44,217 bases of DNA from an uncultured bacterium (GTDB lineage Bacteria > UBP14 > UBA6098). Under the pieces are notes generated by a model. The model was given only the letters and a program-made list of their open reading frames with translations. It was not told where the DNA came from and made no database searches. The stretch lies in the NCBI GenBank assembly GCA_964400105.1, contig CAYNTG010000001.1, positions 18,885-63,101 of the forward strand, read 5' to 3'. Position 1 is the stretch's first letter. The number at the start of each line of letters is the position of its first letter. The position numbers and the translations under genes are program-made. Below, piece by piece: positions 30,001-38,856 of the stretch.

Positions 30001-32877
30001 CGTAACGCTATCCGGACAAAGCGGAATCGGGTCCGCCGGACCGATATAGCATCGGAATGTATCTCCGAATTGCGTTACCGGGAACATAAGCCCGGCAATC
30101 TGAATGAGAACGGTGGTAGGATCGACCTCCGATATATCGCTGATAAGCACATCGACCCAACCAAGAGGAACACATGCCGAGATGCTGCCGTCCTCAGGCC
30201 AAAGCAGCGAGGCTTCCGGTCCTATGCCATCGACGAAATAGTCCCAGCAAATCGAATCACCAGCGAGCGTATTCTGCCCGCAAAGCTCTGCAACGTCGTT
30301 ACACCTTGTAACACAGCAATGCACCGTATCGCCGTTGTCGAGCGGGAAACCGCTCAGTGCGTTCGAATATATCAGCGTGTTATCGACTCCGAGCGAATGG
30401 ATGCTCGTGTTAATGGCTGCAATGTCGTATTCGAAAGTCGTCGCATCGACAATGAAACGCCAATTCAGGCTTAATTCGTCAATTGGCGAGTCGTCGGAAA
30501 CCTTTACACTGCAGGCGAACGAAGGGGATACCCAGCTTCCAGGAATAGGCGAAATAGAGAATGAATCCGGCATCGGGCCAAGCGTATCGACCATGAAATT
30601 AAAGACGACCGGAGCCATCACATTGCCGACACCATCTTGGATTTCTTTTACATCGACTCGAATCGCTCCGCTGGGTAAATCCACCCCGTGAATAAAGATG
30701 GTATCGCACATCCATTCGACATCGCAGGAAGACGTGGACAGCGTGCATGTCGGACCGGGAATGAAATTAACGATGCCAGCCGTCGTATCGACACAGGTGC
30801 TGTCGTGCACCGCAAAAATGACAGTAATCGCAGTGTCGCACGAGATTATCGAGAGGTTCGACGGTTGAATCATCTCTATGGTCGGCGGATTGCAATCCAC
30901 AAAGAAACTCCAGCAGCTATCGTAAACCCAGTTCGGGCCGCAGAAACCGTCAGTGAGGTCTGCGGCGGAATCGAGGCATACGTCGACCCATGCCTCGCAG
31001 GGGAAGTCGAACGGCGGGGTGTGCATCAAGAGTTTCGTCGTGGGATTATAATACGAACCCGGAAATGAAGCATCGTAATGGACGCCGTTTATCGTGTAGA
31101 ATATCTTTGTCGAATCCACGCCGGAAATGTAATCGCTCAATCCGATCTGGATCATCGGCGCCGGCGATGCGATACTCGTATCCGGCGGCGGATTAATAAA
31201 CCATATCTCCGGAGGATCCTGATCGACAAGTATCGTGTCGCAAATATACAAAGCAGAACAATCGTTGAAATCGACGGCATGAAGAACGCATATTATTATC
31301 GAGTCGCCGGTTCCATAGGACAGATATGAAATAGTGTCGAGCGGAATCATCAGTGTGTCCAAAAGATTACCATCACTGTGTCCCCATTGGAAAGCGGCAT
31401 CGAATGTCCAATCGACTATAGCGAATGTGTCTAAGACCGAATTTTTAACATCGATTCGAACAACCGTCTCAGCGAAGTTGAGACCGACAGTGTCCTCCGT
31501 TTCATCGAAAAGAACCCAGAGCTCCAGACCACTTCCAGTAGTGCAGGCCGTGAATGAATAAGACGGCTGAATAAACTCGACATCCGGCCCGATTCCACTG
31601 ATATATGGAATATCGAAACAGCTAGTCGTTTCCGCATTCGCTATCCCCGGTGTCGAGGTGCTGCCCGAGTATGTTATACAAAATGTTCCAAAGGTGTCCG
31701 CGACGGAGTTGAAAAGCCACCTTGGTGAATACAAGTCGCCGGGAGCCATATCGAGATACTCGACGCAAAGGGAATCGACATAAATGTCTAATGGGTCTAT
31801 GACCATCGTGGCCAATCCGGAATCGTAGTCCACGCAAACCCATACCGTGTCGAACGGCGTTAGACCGCTAGAATTGTTTTGAATATCCGCCCAGAATACC
31901 TTTGGATTTCCACCGAGGCTGCAACCCTCGGCAGGCCAATTGCTACCGTAAGGTGCCAAAGAAAGGTCTCCGATCACGGACGAGATATTGCCAAAACCAT
32001 ATTTTGTAATTAAATCAAGTGTGTATCCCGCTGGAAACGTTCGCGGGTTCCAACGAAGAAGGACACCACTATTAGCATAATCCCCTCCGGCAAAAGTTAT
32101 ATCGATATCGAATTTTGAGGGTATCAACATAAATTCATTTCCGTAAGCAAAAAAATCCGGCGGCGTCGCGCCCTCGATACCAATAAGACCGGTCGCAACA
32201 AGCTGATCCAAATCCGAATCGAAAAGGTCAAATTCTGCCGCTACAAACGCCCCGGGAATCGAACCCTCATAGACGCTGTTCGTATCGGCACTGTTTCCGG
32301 GGATCGAAACCGGAGCATCGTCCCTGCCGTTGATATTGATATCCCATTTATGCTCTACACCAATAGAATGCGGAAGCATCCCACTGTTGACAATGTGATA
32401 TTTAACCTTAATAACGCCCAAACTAACAAGCGTTGTTTCCGCATCATCGACTACGGAAATTGTATAATGGTCAGGGGTAAAAAACTGATCGATCTGAACC
32501 TCTTCGCTGCCGGGAAGTGGAAATATCCATCTGTTCTGTATCGTGTTTGTGGAGAGCAGTTTTTTGGGATAATCCGGTGCCATGTAATCGTAGAGGTCAT
32601 GATCGGGAGATGGAACGATCCCGACCCATGCATATATCTCGCCGTCGATCTTGAAAACCGGATTCGAGGAAGGATTTGCGAGCAAAGCCTCGGTCGGAAA
32701 TTCGAATGTAAGTTGTTCTCCGGTGGAATGCTTTCCGACACCGAAACCGCCTCTAGTCGAGTCGACCCGCGCCTCGCAATCCCAGTCCCATACGGAGAAA
32801 TAGGTTTGTCCAAAAACACCACCACACAAAATTAAAAAGAGCGTCGCTACATACGAAATTCTAACCAAACGGACCAC
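24058..32877 (-). CDS. Giant secreted repeat protein (~2940 aa) with gliding-motility-type (type B) CTD
   Basis: GTG at 32877 after GGAGG; signal peptide; about 21 Cys-rich Ig-like modules; CTD PQPFTP...DGYND...IYDMQGR...WDG.DFNG..V.PGVYIY...GTVVLAR. Confidence 0.87.
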   Translation of the reverse strand: MVRLVRISYVATLFLILCGGVFGQTYFSVWDWDCEARVDSTRGGFGVGKHSTGEQLTFEFPTEALLANPSSNPVFKIDGEIYAWVGIVPSPDHDLYDYMAPDYPKKLLSTNTIQNRWIFPLPGSEEVQIDQFFTPDHYTISVVDDAETTLVSLGVIKVKYHIVNSGMLPHSIGVEHKWDININGRDDAPVSIPGNSADTNSVYEGSIPGAFVAAEFDLFDSDLDQLVATGLIGIEGATPPDFFAYGNEFMLIPSKFDIDITFAGGDYANSGVLLRWNPRTFPAGYTLDLITKYGFGNISSVIGDLSLAPYGSNWPAEGCSLGGNPKVFWADIQNNSSGLTPFDTVWVCVDYDSGLATMVIDPLDIYVDSLCVEYLDMAPGDLYSPRWLFNSVADTFGTFCITYSGSTSTPGIANAETTSCFDIPYISGIGPDVEFIQPSYSFTACTTGSGLELWVLFDETEDTVGLNFAETVVRIDVKNSVLDTFAIVDWTFDAAFQWGHSDGNLLDTLMIPLDTISYLSYGTGDSIIICVLHAVDFNDCSALYICDTILVDQDPPEIWFINPPPDTSIASPAPMIQIGLSDYISGVDSTKIFYTINGVHYDASFPGSYYNPTTKLLMHTPPFDFPCEAWVDVCLDSAADLTDGFCGPNWVYDSCWSFFVDCNPPTIEMIQPSNLSIISCDTAITVIFAVHDSTCVDTTAGIVNFIPGPTCTLSTSSCDVEWMCDTIFIHGVDLPSGAIRVDVKEIQDGVGNVMAPVVFNFMVDTLGPMPDSFSISPIPGSWVSPSFACSVKVSDDSPIDELSLNWRFIVDATTFEYDIAAINTSIHSLGVDNTLIYSNALSGFPLDNGDTVHCCVTRCNDVAELCGQNTLAGDSICWDYFVDGIGPEASLLWPEDGSISACVPLGWVDVLISDISEVDPTTVLIQIAGLMFPVTQFGDTFRCYIGPADPIPLCPDSVTVKLVQANDLLGNITLDSSWSFMLDTIPPFSDPLTWSPTPTLPIPPVSPFDTITFVVEPGCAGWFSHSNTLLELFTRPSGDIDTIKGSDSRVIWDADTWNLPIPSLDWIVDSDTICIRISHLEDSLDYMGLGGCSPAFAEGMMGFDEWCIRVSAGGPMISRRQPLKMYLSCFDPPNGFTYRVYDDDGLNANTIRFVIHSPGAPDSVIDWGDLPGVIDTSWILEPDEFLVTLNIDLSTFAAVGETVCVEFNRIQDMFGILNEGVDNWCVVVDTTNPCPDDFYPTDSLEIFTRTPLIWSYVPRDFAPVLGDSLAFSLDGGSSWIWVSDTSGAVYWVADTAFFNVGLLDASLWVSGGDTVDICIRNTDDTDTLVGCDLNHCQTCWTFWLASNGPIPHAAMPEDGWISACPTVDSMVIALSDSDGIYWPSIEVTCSSYVFGTSNHYVWPSGNLHNRPETLIVIPDVPYSSEDTIGVTVWAYDNLMNFVSSGPYEYEFIIDQTPPESIWTTPSCVDDSISDNTPVIWFNAHDIWGRVDTLAWCIGFLHPGTTTEWDTICYDDAVSAWMFTGSTDSVGLNTALVPQLDPWWFGGDTIIFTVLDVCDWADICEPNCIAWSDTCRLPVAARGPDIINLWPSGNGVIGCEQPDTLEFEIFDIDGIDISSLTLWYRSCVMDSVDYGITDSGMIVDYRDGPDADTLYFVPPEILAEGCRFQIGIEVIDMIGNAQEPNSFDFVYDYTPPEFIIDHPFDEAFSFTPEVYIVFPDNIAGIDTNSVTVSVVGGPCAFVSATSPAPDTIEWRMVAGIPETLIFSFDPLDCILTTGDSACIHVDMACDYAAACPACTTFDTTWCFEVVQGGPEAEITYPLGLVCPEDTIVLDFDDMDGVVVTGMSFTVNGVPVAYPGPELSWDPVEYVLVFSPATIFDIGDVEICISGVEDGLGYAMTASCWDLTVDVEPPVVEYLSPTGTVIDHHPEVRLAIWDSLNFVRPDCFVLTINSDTFTYDDSILTWIPESTIAMPGTLVWSAVLAGDTLEPGPVEICLIEACDSTGCLANNMLSALLDTFCWSFDVDTGDGPIVTLEQPDECGLGISCTTAFQFRWSIRDVEGVNPSSIIIGYGERGLVHSYNIDSPEVTLIDHDSTLLFEPGAPEAPGSIWVTIDNMNDVLGNPAFGFEDTCWFVIDWDAPYILDYWPDDLSEVATPYPLIRFHVTDTSYILDYSTAIIYIDGTAYPVSDPHVYWHGDTVFFDPSVSPSLPFGGGDTVIFCLDSLADSTVICDPNVMATECYTFYINADGPRLSIIFPDTTIDPMVTFCDSGAFWIHTIDPERIDTSEVIVLWDGDTVKWSDSPELFELRPDGADEDTVVLWPPSSYDDGDTVCLEIIQWPDSLGNNYFGSLNLCAVVDLSPPETDFISPMSGEISIDWSPDIMAHLIDGISWINHDNVSVRIDEDGTPWGSYPWPATELSWSDDTIIFSTDADFTEFSEICVYLIISDSTTIGEPFNCPPNDTTIDWCFTIGDDDTTGPEIVIPDSCYVRADYDGFFITLALSDADGVFDDASTDTTGQGLMVEFFTATNTYWIPMDIDSVVEYSGPDFDSLYWASTAPGAIPEADLVSGMFFGYIVWSHDNDFDFDNPDDRQAAISDTHWCVVYNDIPPVIVVSIAPDSSYVSCLCPEQSIEIEFQDEDTLISDMLVLEVNGTPYSTASSQVTWNPGFSGHHFGSHYLYYIPDTADCWSHGETVEACVRGVIDRWGNEATDYCWEFYMDFFPPVAWCIAEIDTNVDVAEFDSVVFHLDDVDAGVDPDEIILQVNQIVGGATQVHLYDIVSEPALRYDAGSGTLILDLRYAAGLSIGRDDSLFFSIAHTQDMAGICEENSLDDYYMCVKYIKPVTRCHASPQPFTPPPPADGYNDEVIFDYPGRIDIDGVVKIYDMQGRQMAEIFGRDAHKFVWDGYDFNGVPVRPGVYIYVIEQGGEVLCSGTVVLAR

Positions 32878-32992
32878 AATGGCCTCCAATTACAATTTAC
32901 ATTTCTAACTTCTTATATTACAAGGAAGTAAAACAAATCTTCTTAAGTAATACATGACATACAGACAAATTAGTCCATAATCCATTGAAATA

Positions 32993-33020
32993 AATATAAG
33001 AATGGTGGGGGTATTGTCAA
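32993..33020 (-). promoter_or_regulatory. Sigma70-type promoter of the giant-protein operon
   Basis: TTGACA-N16-TATATT, about 115 nt upstream of the start codon. Confidence 0.65.
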
Positions 33021-33038
33021 GGCGATTAGTGATTTAAC

Positions 33039-33884
33039 TTACATTTGCTGACCTGAATGGTCATCCTCGATATCGATCTTCCTAACCCGTTCGATGTTCC
33101 TTTCGAGGAACCTTGCTCCGGTAGCTCCAAATCTTTCAGGGGCATCGCTCACCAGAAACCTATGCGTCGGCTTCCTGTCGCTTTTCCGCTCTGCGCCTGC
33201 CGACTGAAGAAGGCGATGGATCTCCATCACCGTCGATTCCGCTGAATCCACCAACTTGATGCCCGAGCCGAGCGTCTCCGAGATCACGCCTTCGAGCAAA
33301 GGGTAATGTGTGCAACCCAATATCAAGGTGTCGATATCCGTGAGGCGCAGGTCCGCGAGGTATGTCTCGGCGACCATACGCGCGATAGGGCCGAGCGTCC
33401 ATCCCTCCTCGGCGAGCGCGACGAACAGAGGACACGCTCTGGCCACGGTCTCGATCTGCGGGTTCAGCGCCTTAAGCTCCTTTTCATAGCTTTTTGATTC
33501 GATCGTGGCGTTGGTGCCGATAATGCCTATCTTGCCGTTGCGGGTCGTTCTGGCGGCGGCATACGCACCGGGTTTCACGACGCCGATGACAGGCACCGGC
33601 AACGCCGATTCGAGATAATCCAAGGCGACGCTGGATGCCGTGTTGCAGGCGATCACGATGATCTTTACATCGAAATCGAGAAGCAGCTTCGAGTTTTCGA
33701 GGGCAAGCCTTCGCACCCTTTCCGGGCTTCGTGTTCCGTATGGATATCGACCGGTATCGCCGAAATATACGACCTCCTCGTTTGGCATCTGTGAAAAAAT
33801 CTCCTTTACGACGGTCAAACCGCCTACTCCGCTATCGAAAACCCCGATCGCGTTTTCCGGTGTGTTAATCTCGATTTCCGGCAT
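33039..33884 (-). CDS. murI: Glutamate racemase
   Basis: IGVFDSGVGGLTV, PYG, catalytic cysteines in ACNTA and LGCTHY. Confidence 0.97.
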   Translation of the reverse strand: MPEIEINTPENAIGVFDSGVGGLTVVKEIFSQMPNEEVVYFGDTGRYPYGTRSPERVRRLALENSKLLLDFDVKIIVIACNTASSVALDYLESALPVPVIGVVKPGAYAAARTTRNGKIGIIGTNATIESKSYEKELKALNPQIETVARACPLFVALAEEGWTLGPIARMVAETYLADLRLTDIDTLILGCTHYPLLEGVISETLGSGIKLVDSAESTVMEIHRLLQSAGAERKSDRKPTHRFLVSDAPERFGATGARFLERNIERVRKIDIEDDHSGQQM

Positions 33885-34626
33885 ATCTCTCCAGTCTTTT
33901 TTTTAGCTCTTTCACCTCGATTGCGGTCAAAACACGCGACCCTCCCAACGGAAGATCGCCGACCTCGATTTCCGCGAACGAAAAGCGTTCGATGGATATC
34001 ACCTCGTGGCCAATCGATCCGAAGAAGCGGCGCACCTCGTGATATCGACCTTCGTGAAAATCGATCCGCCAGGATTGACTATTCCTATCTTGTTTTACCA
34101 TTTCCATCCGCGACGGCACTGCCCGCCGCCCGTCGAGGATCACTCCCCGCCGTGCGATCTCGATCTCATCGGTCGATAATTTTCCAACGATCTCGACGAG
34201 ATAACTTCGCGGCACCCCGTAGCTTGGATGAAGCATCCGTTGCGCCATATCGCCGTCGTTTGTGAAAAGCAGCACCCCGGTGGTCTCGTAATCGAGCCTT
34301 CCCACCGGAAACAGGTTTCGATGATTTTTTGGCAAAAGCTCCATCACCGTTTTTCTCCCGAACGGATCGCTGCGAGTCGTGATATATCCGCCCGGTTTGT
34401 TCATCAAAATCCAGATATTACTCGGCGGAAGGCGCAAACGCTTTCCATCCAAAGTAACGCTTTCCCCTTCAGCGATTCGATATCCGTATCGATCTACCAA
34501 CTCGCCGTCGATCTCGATCCGTCCAGCGGAAATCGCGGCATCGGCCTTCCTGCGGGACAAACCCGCCGCACGGGCCACGAACACATTGAGCCTTATTCCG
34601 CAGCTATCCTTCGCTTTTTTCACCAT
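33865..34626 (-). CDS. rluB: rRNA pseudouridine synthase, RluB/RsuA family
   Basis: S4 domain SRRKAD, NKPGGYITT, catalytic VGRLD; follows scpAB as in the conserved cluster. Confidence 0.9.
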   Translation of the reverse strand: MVKKAKDSCGIRLNVFVARAAGLSRRKADAAISAGRIEIDGELVDRYGYRIAEGESVTLDGKRLRLPPSNIWILMNKPGGYITTRSDPFGRKTVMELLPKNHRNLFPVGRLDYETTGVLLFTNDGDMAQRMLHPSYGVPRSYLVEIVGKLSTDEIEIARRGVILDGRRAVPSRMEMVKQDRNSQSWRIDFHEGRYHEVRRFFGSIGHEVISIERFSFAEIEVGDLPLGGSRVLTAIEVKELKKRLERYAGNRD

Positions 34627-35197
34627 CGTCCTCTATATCCATTTCAGGTATATCTTTATTTCCGGCATCGGAAAACAGACCCGCAAGTTCGGTTTCGTCG
34701 GGAAGGTCCTCGATCCTTTTCAGGCCGAAGAACCGCAGGAATTCGCGCGTCGTTCCATACAAAAAAGGCCTTCCGGGGGCCTTTTGGCGACCACGTATCG
34801 TTATAAGCCCCTGATCGAGAAGCGAATGAACCGGTCCGCCGCTGTCGGCCGCGCGGATCTTCTCGATAACCGGTTTTGTAACCGGTTGTTTGAGAGCGAC
34901 AATACCGAGCACTTCGAGCATCGAGCGCGTAAGCCTCGACACCTTCTTCTCCGAAAAAATCTCGCGAAGATAGGGGGCATAGGGCTTCGTCGTGAAAAAC
35001 TGATAGCCGCCGGCTATTGGTTTGATCCTGAACGAGCGCCCGTTTTTCTCGTAATCTCTGTTGAGCGCATCGACGATCCGTCCTACCTGTTCATTGGAAT
35101 CGAGGCTGGCGACAGACGCCATTTTCGAGTGGGACAAATAGTTTGGCGATGCAAAGATCAACGCCTCGATGATACCTTTTTTATCAATTTCCGACAA
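34604..35197 (-). CDS. scpB: SMC-Scp complex subunit ScpB
   Basis: IEALIFAS, GGYQF, LEVLGIVALKQPVT, PGRPFLYGTTREFLRFFGL. Confidence 0.96.
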   Translation of the reverse strand: MSEIDKKGIIEALIFASPNYLSHSKMASVASLDSNEQVGRIVDALNRDYEKNGRSFRIKPIAGGYQFFTTKPYAPYLREIFSEKKVSRLTRSMLEVLGIVALKQPVTKPVIEKIRAADSGGPVHSLLDQGLITIRGRQKAPGRPFLYGTTREFLRFFGLKRIEDLPDETELAGLFSDAGNKDIPEMDIEDDGEKSEG

Positions 35198-35942
35198 TCA
35201 TCTCCTCCGGGTTTGGATACAGCCAAATATTACCGAACGAACCACTCTGATCGATCCGAACGCTCTTCTTACGAACCAGCTCGAGAAGCGCGATAAACGT
35301 GGCGACGAACAGCACCGCAGTCGTTTGCGCCTCGAAAAGATCGATAAACCTCGCCCTCTTTTTTTCGGCGAGGAAGTTCACGATGAAGTCCATTCGCTGC
35401 TCCACATCGATCTCCTCCTCATCGAACCCCGGCAAGATCATGTTCTCGTTGCGAAGCATTTCCCATGCCGTGCGAAAAAGGGAATATAGATCGATCGGCG
35501 CAAGTTCCTCGACGATGAAATTCGACGCGATCTTCGATTCTGGATAACTCCCTTTCGAGAATAGGTATTCCTGCTCTTCCCGAAATCTCGAAAGGCGATC
35601 TCCGACCTTCTTGAAAAGCCTATACTCGACGAGCATCTCGATCAGTTCCCGGCGCGGGTCCTCGATATCGTCGGTATCTACCTCCGGAACTGGAAGGAGC
35701 ATGCGCGCTTTGATGCTTACCAGAAGGGCCGCCATGAAAAGGTATTCTCCGGCGATGGAGAGGTCGAGCTTTTCCATTTTATTCAAATAGTCGATATACT
35801 CGCGAACGACATGGCTTATCGGGATATCGTATATATCGATCTCATCGCGTTTTATGAGATATAAAAGCAAATCGAGCGGCCCCTCGAACATCTCCAGATG
35901 CACGCGACATCTCTCGTCTATTTTCTTTTCGTTTTCAACCAT
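35184..35942 (-). CDS. scpA: Segregation/condensation protein ScpA
   Basis: FEGPLDLLLYLI...IDIYDIPI, IKARMLLP, DPRRELI, TFIALLEL. Confidence 0.96.
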   Translation of the reverse strand: MVENEKKIDERCRVHLEMFEGPLDLLLYLIKRDEIDIYDIPISHVVREYIDYLNKMEKLDLSIAGEYLFMAALLVSIKARMLLPVPEVDTDDIEDPRRELIEMLVEYRLFKKVGDRLSRFREEQEYLFSKGSYPESKIASNFIVEELAPIDLYSLFRTAWEMLRNENMILPGFDEEEIDVEQRMDFIVNFLAEKKRARFIDLFEAQTTAVLFVATFIALLELVRKKSVRIDQSGSFGNIWLYPNPEEMIVGN

Positions 35943-36060
35943 AAGGGATTACAATTTATAAAATTTTTCCGGTTTCGCAAGGGCAAGCTTGCAACTAGAG
36001 ATTATTGTTTCACCCTTCGATGAAAAAAAATCGGTCGAGGAATATTTCGGTGAGATCGTC

Positions 36061-37134
36061 TTAGTCTTCGAAATGCAGTTCGAATGTTTTTTCGCGTATA
36101 AACAGCTCCACCATATCGTGATCGAACTGTTTTCCACTCTCCTGATACAAGACATCGATAGCCTCGTTGGTAGGAAGCGCGAGTCGATATGCCCTATCCG
36201 ATGTCATAGCGTCGTATGAGTCCACTACGGTGAGAATTCTCGCGCTGATAGGTATATCCTCGCCCTTGAGTCCGTCTGGATAGCCGTTGCCATCCCAACG
36301 CTCATGGTGCCATCGAATCACCGGAACGATCTGAGAGAAATAACTTACCTTGCTGACGATCCTCTCTCCGACTAGAGGATGCGTCTCGACGATCTTGCGT
36401 TCGTCGGGAGTCAATGCGGCCGGTTTATTCAAGATTCGCGGATCGATGGCAATCTTGCCTATATCGTGAAGGAGCGCGCCGAAATCGAGCATATCCAGCT
36501 CTTGTGACGAGTATCCTAGCGCATCCGCCATGTGATGCGCCATATGCCGGACGCGGTTTCCGTGGCCGCGGATATAAGGATCGCTTTCCTCGATAGCGCC
36601 CGAAAGGATACGCACCGTGTCCATATGCACGACTCGAAGCTGTGCGAGGGCCGTTGAAAGCTCCTTCGTGCGCTCATTCACCTCCACCTCGAGTTCCACC
36701 TGATATTTTCGATTATCGAGCTCGAGACGTCGGTTATATTTGACCAGGCGACCATAGGCAATGGCCTTTTTCACGCTTGCCATAAGCTCGTTATAGCGGA
36801 TAGGCTTTATGAGGAAATCGAACGCTCCACCCTTCATGACGGAAACGACGGTCTCGAAATCCGCTACGGCGGTGAGCATGACCACCGGCATATCGGGCAC
36901 ATTTTCGATAGCGAATTTGAGAACCTGTTTGCCATTGACGCCGGGCAATTTGATGTCGGCAATAAGGAGATCGTAGATGTTGTCCTTGCCGAGCTTCTCG
37001 ATAACCTCTTCTCCCGTCCCGGCTAAATCGATCTGATAACCCTCGCGTTCGAGTTGGATACCGAGTATCTTGCGGATGCGGACATCGTCGTCGAGGACGA
37101 GTATCTTAGATTGTTTTGTTGTTATGCTATTCAT
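36061..37134 (-). CDS. Response regulator with HD-GYP c-di-GMP phosphodiesterase domain (RpfG-like)
   Basis: REC domain (LDDD, ADIKLP, LTA, KP) followed by LHDIGK and HHERWDGNGYPDGL. Confidence 0.93.
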   Translation of the reverse strand: MNSITTKQSKILVLDDDVRIRKILGIQLEREGYQIDLAGTGEEVIEKLGKDNIYDLLIADIKLPGVNGKQVLKFAIENVPDMPVVMLTAVADFETVVSVMKGGAFDFLIKPIRYNELMASVKKAIAYGRLVKYNRRLELDNRKYQVELEVEVNERTKELSTALAQLRVVHMDTVRILSGAIEESDPYIRGHGNRVRHMAHHMADALGYSSQELDMLDFGALLHDIGKIAIDPRILNKPAALTPDERKIVETHPLVGERIVSKVSYFSQIVPVIRWHHERWDGNGYPDGLKGEDIPISARILTVVDSYDAMTSDRAYRLALPTNEAIDVLYQESGKQFDHDMVELFIREKTFELHFED

Positions 37135-37426
37135 ACAATGCTATTCGATATTCGTTCGATGTAAAGTATAATCGCCAATCCCTTGCAAGACAATGGATTG
37201 TCCGTTAAATATTGAGGTGGAAAACTCCGATTATCTGCTATATGCCAATCGGCGCGAAATAGGGATTTTTCAGGATTCATTAGCTATTTTTTCATATAGG
37301 ACAATATTATTTTGCAAATTTTTCTATGTCTTTTAATCATACATATTCATTTTCAATTGTCAACCTATAACCGACACATATCGCCACTAAACTCGGTCGT
37401 TGGCAGTCATATCCGCCTGCCGGACT

Positions 37427-38650
<1,224 letters not shown>

Positions 38651-38668
38651 TCATTGTTGAAATGTGCA

Positions 38669-38820
38669 TTTCAAGTTTGCTCATGAGCTTATCGTAAAAG
38701 TTGTTTTCGTCAAGACGGTTGCGGAACCTTACCAGCGTTGTGTCATCGGGCGGTTTTTTGTCGATAGTGATCTCGACTTATCACTTTGTAAAGGTTTCCG
38801 CTTGTTTTTCATCGATCTCT
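38669..38820 (-). mobile_element. IS5-family transposase remnant (left copy)
   Basis: Minus-strand translation ...ITIDKKPPDDTTLVRFRNRLDENNFYDKLMSKLE resembles the PD.TT..RFR..L segment of IS5/DUF772 transposases. 38669-38747 is an inverted copy (74/79 nt) of 40183-40261. Confidence 0.7.
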
Positions 38821-38856
38821 ACTCAGAAAAACCGAAAAAGCAACATAAGCCGACGA

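Noticed and set aside
18770-32877. DNA-level tandem repeats, CRISPR array or DGR template/variable repeats in the giant genes
   Set aside because: The repetition is visible only at protein level and is highly diverged. No near-identical nucleotide repeats, cas genes or reverse transcriptase were seen.
34379-35296. 305-aa plus-strand ORF, and the many other 60-280 aa antisense or off-frame ORFs in the track
   Set aside because: They overlap well-supported genes (scpB/rluB, the giant proteins, hypF, tgt) and show no RBS or family motif.
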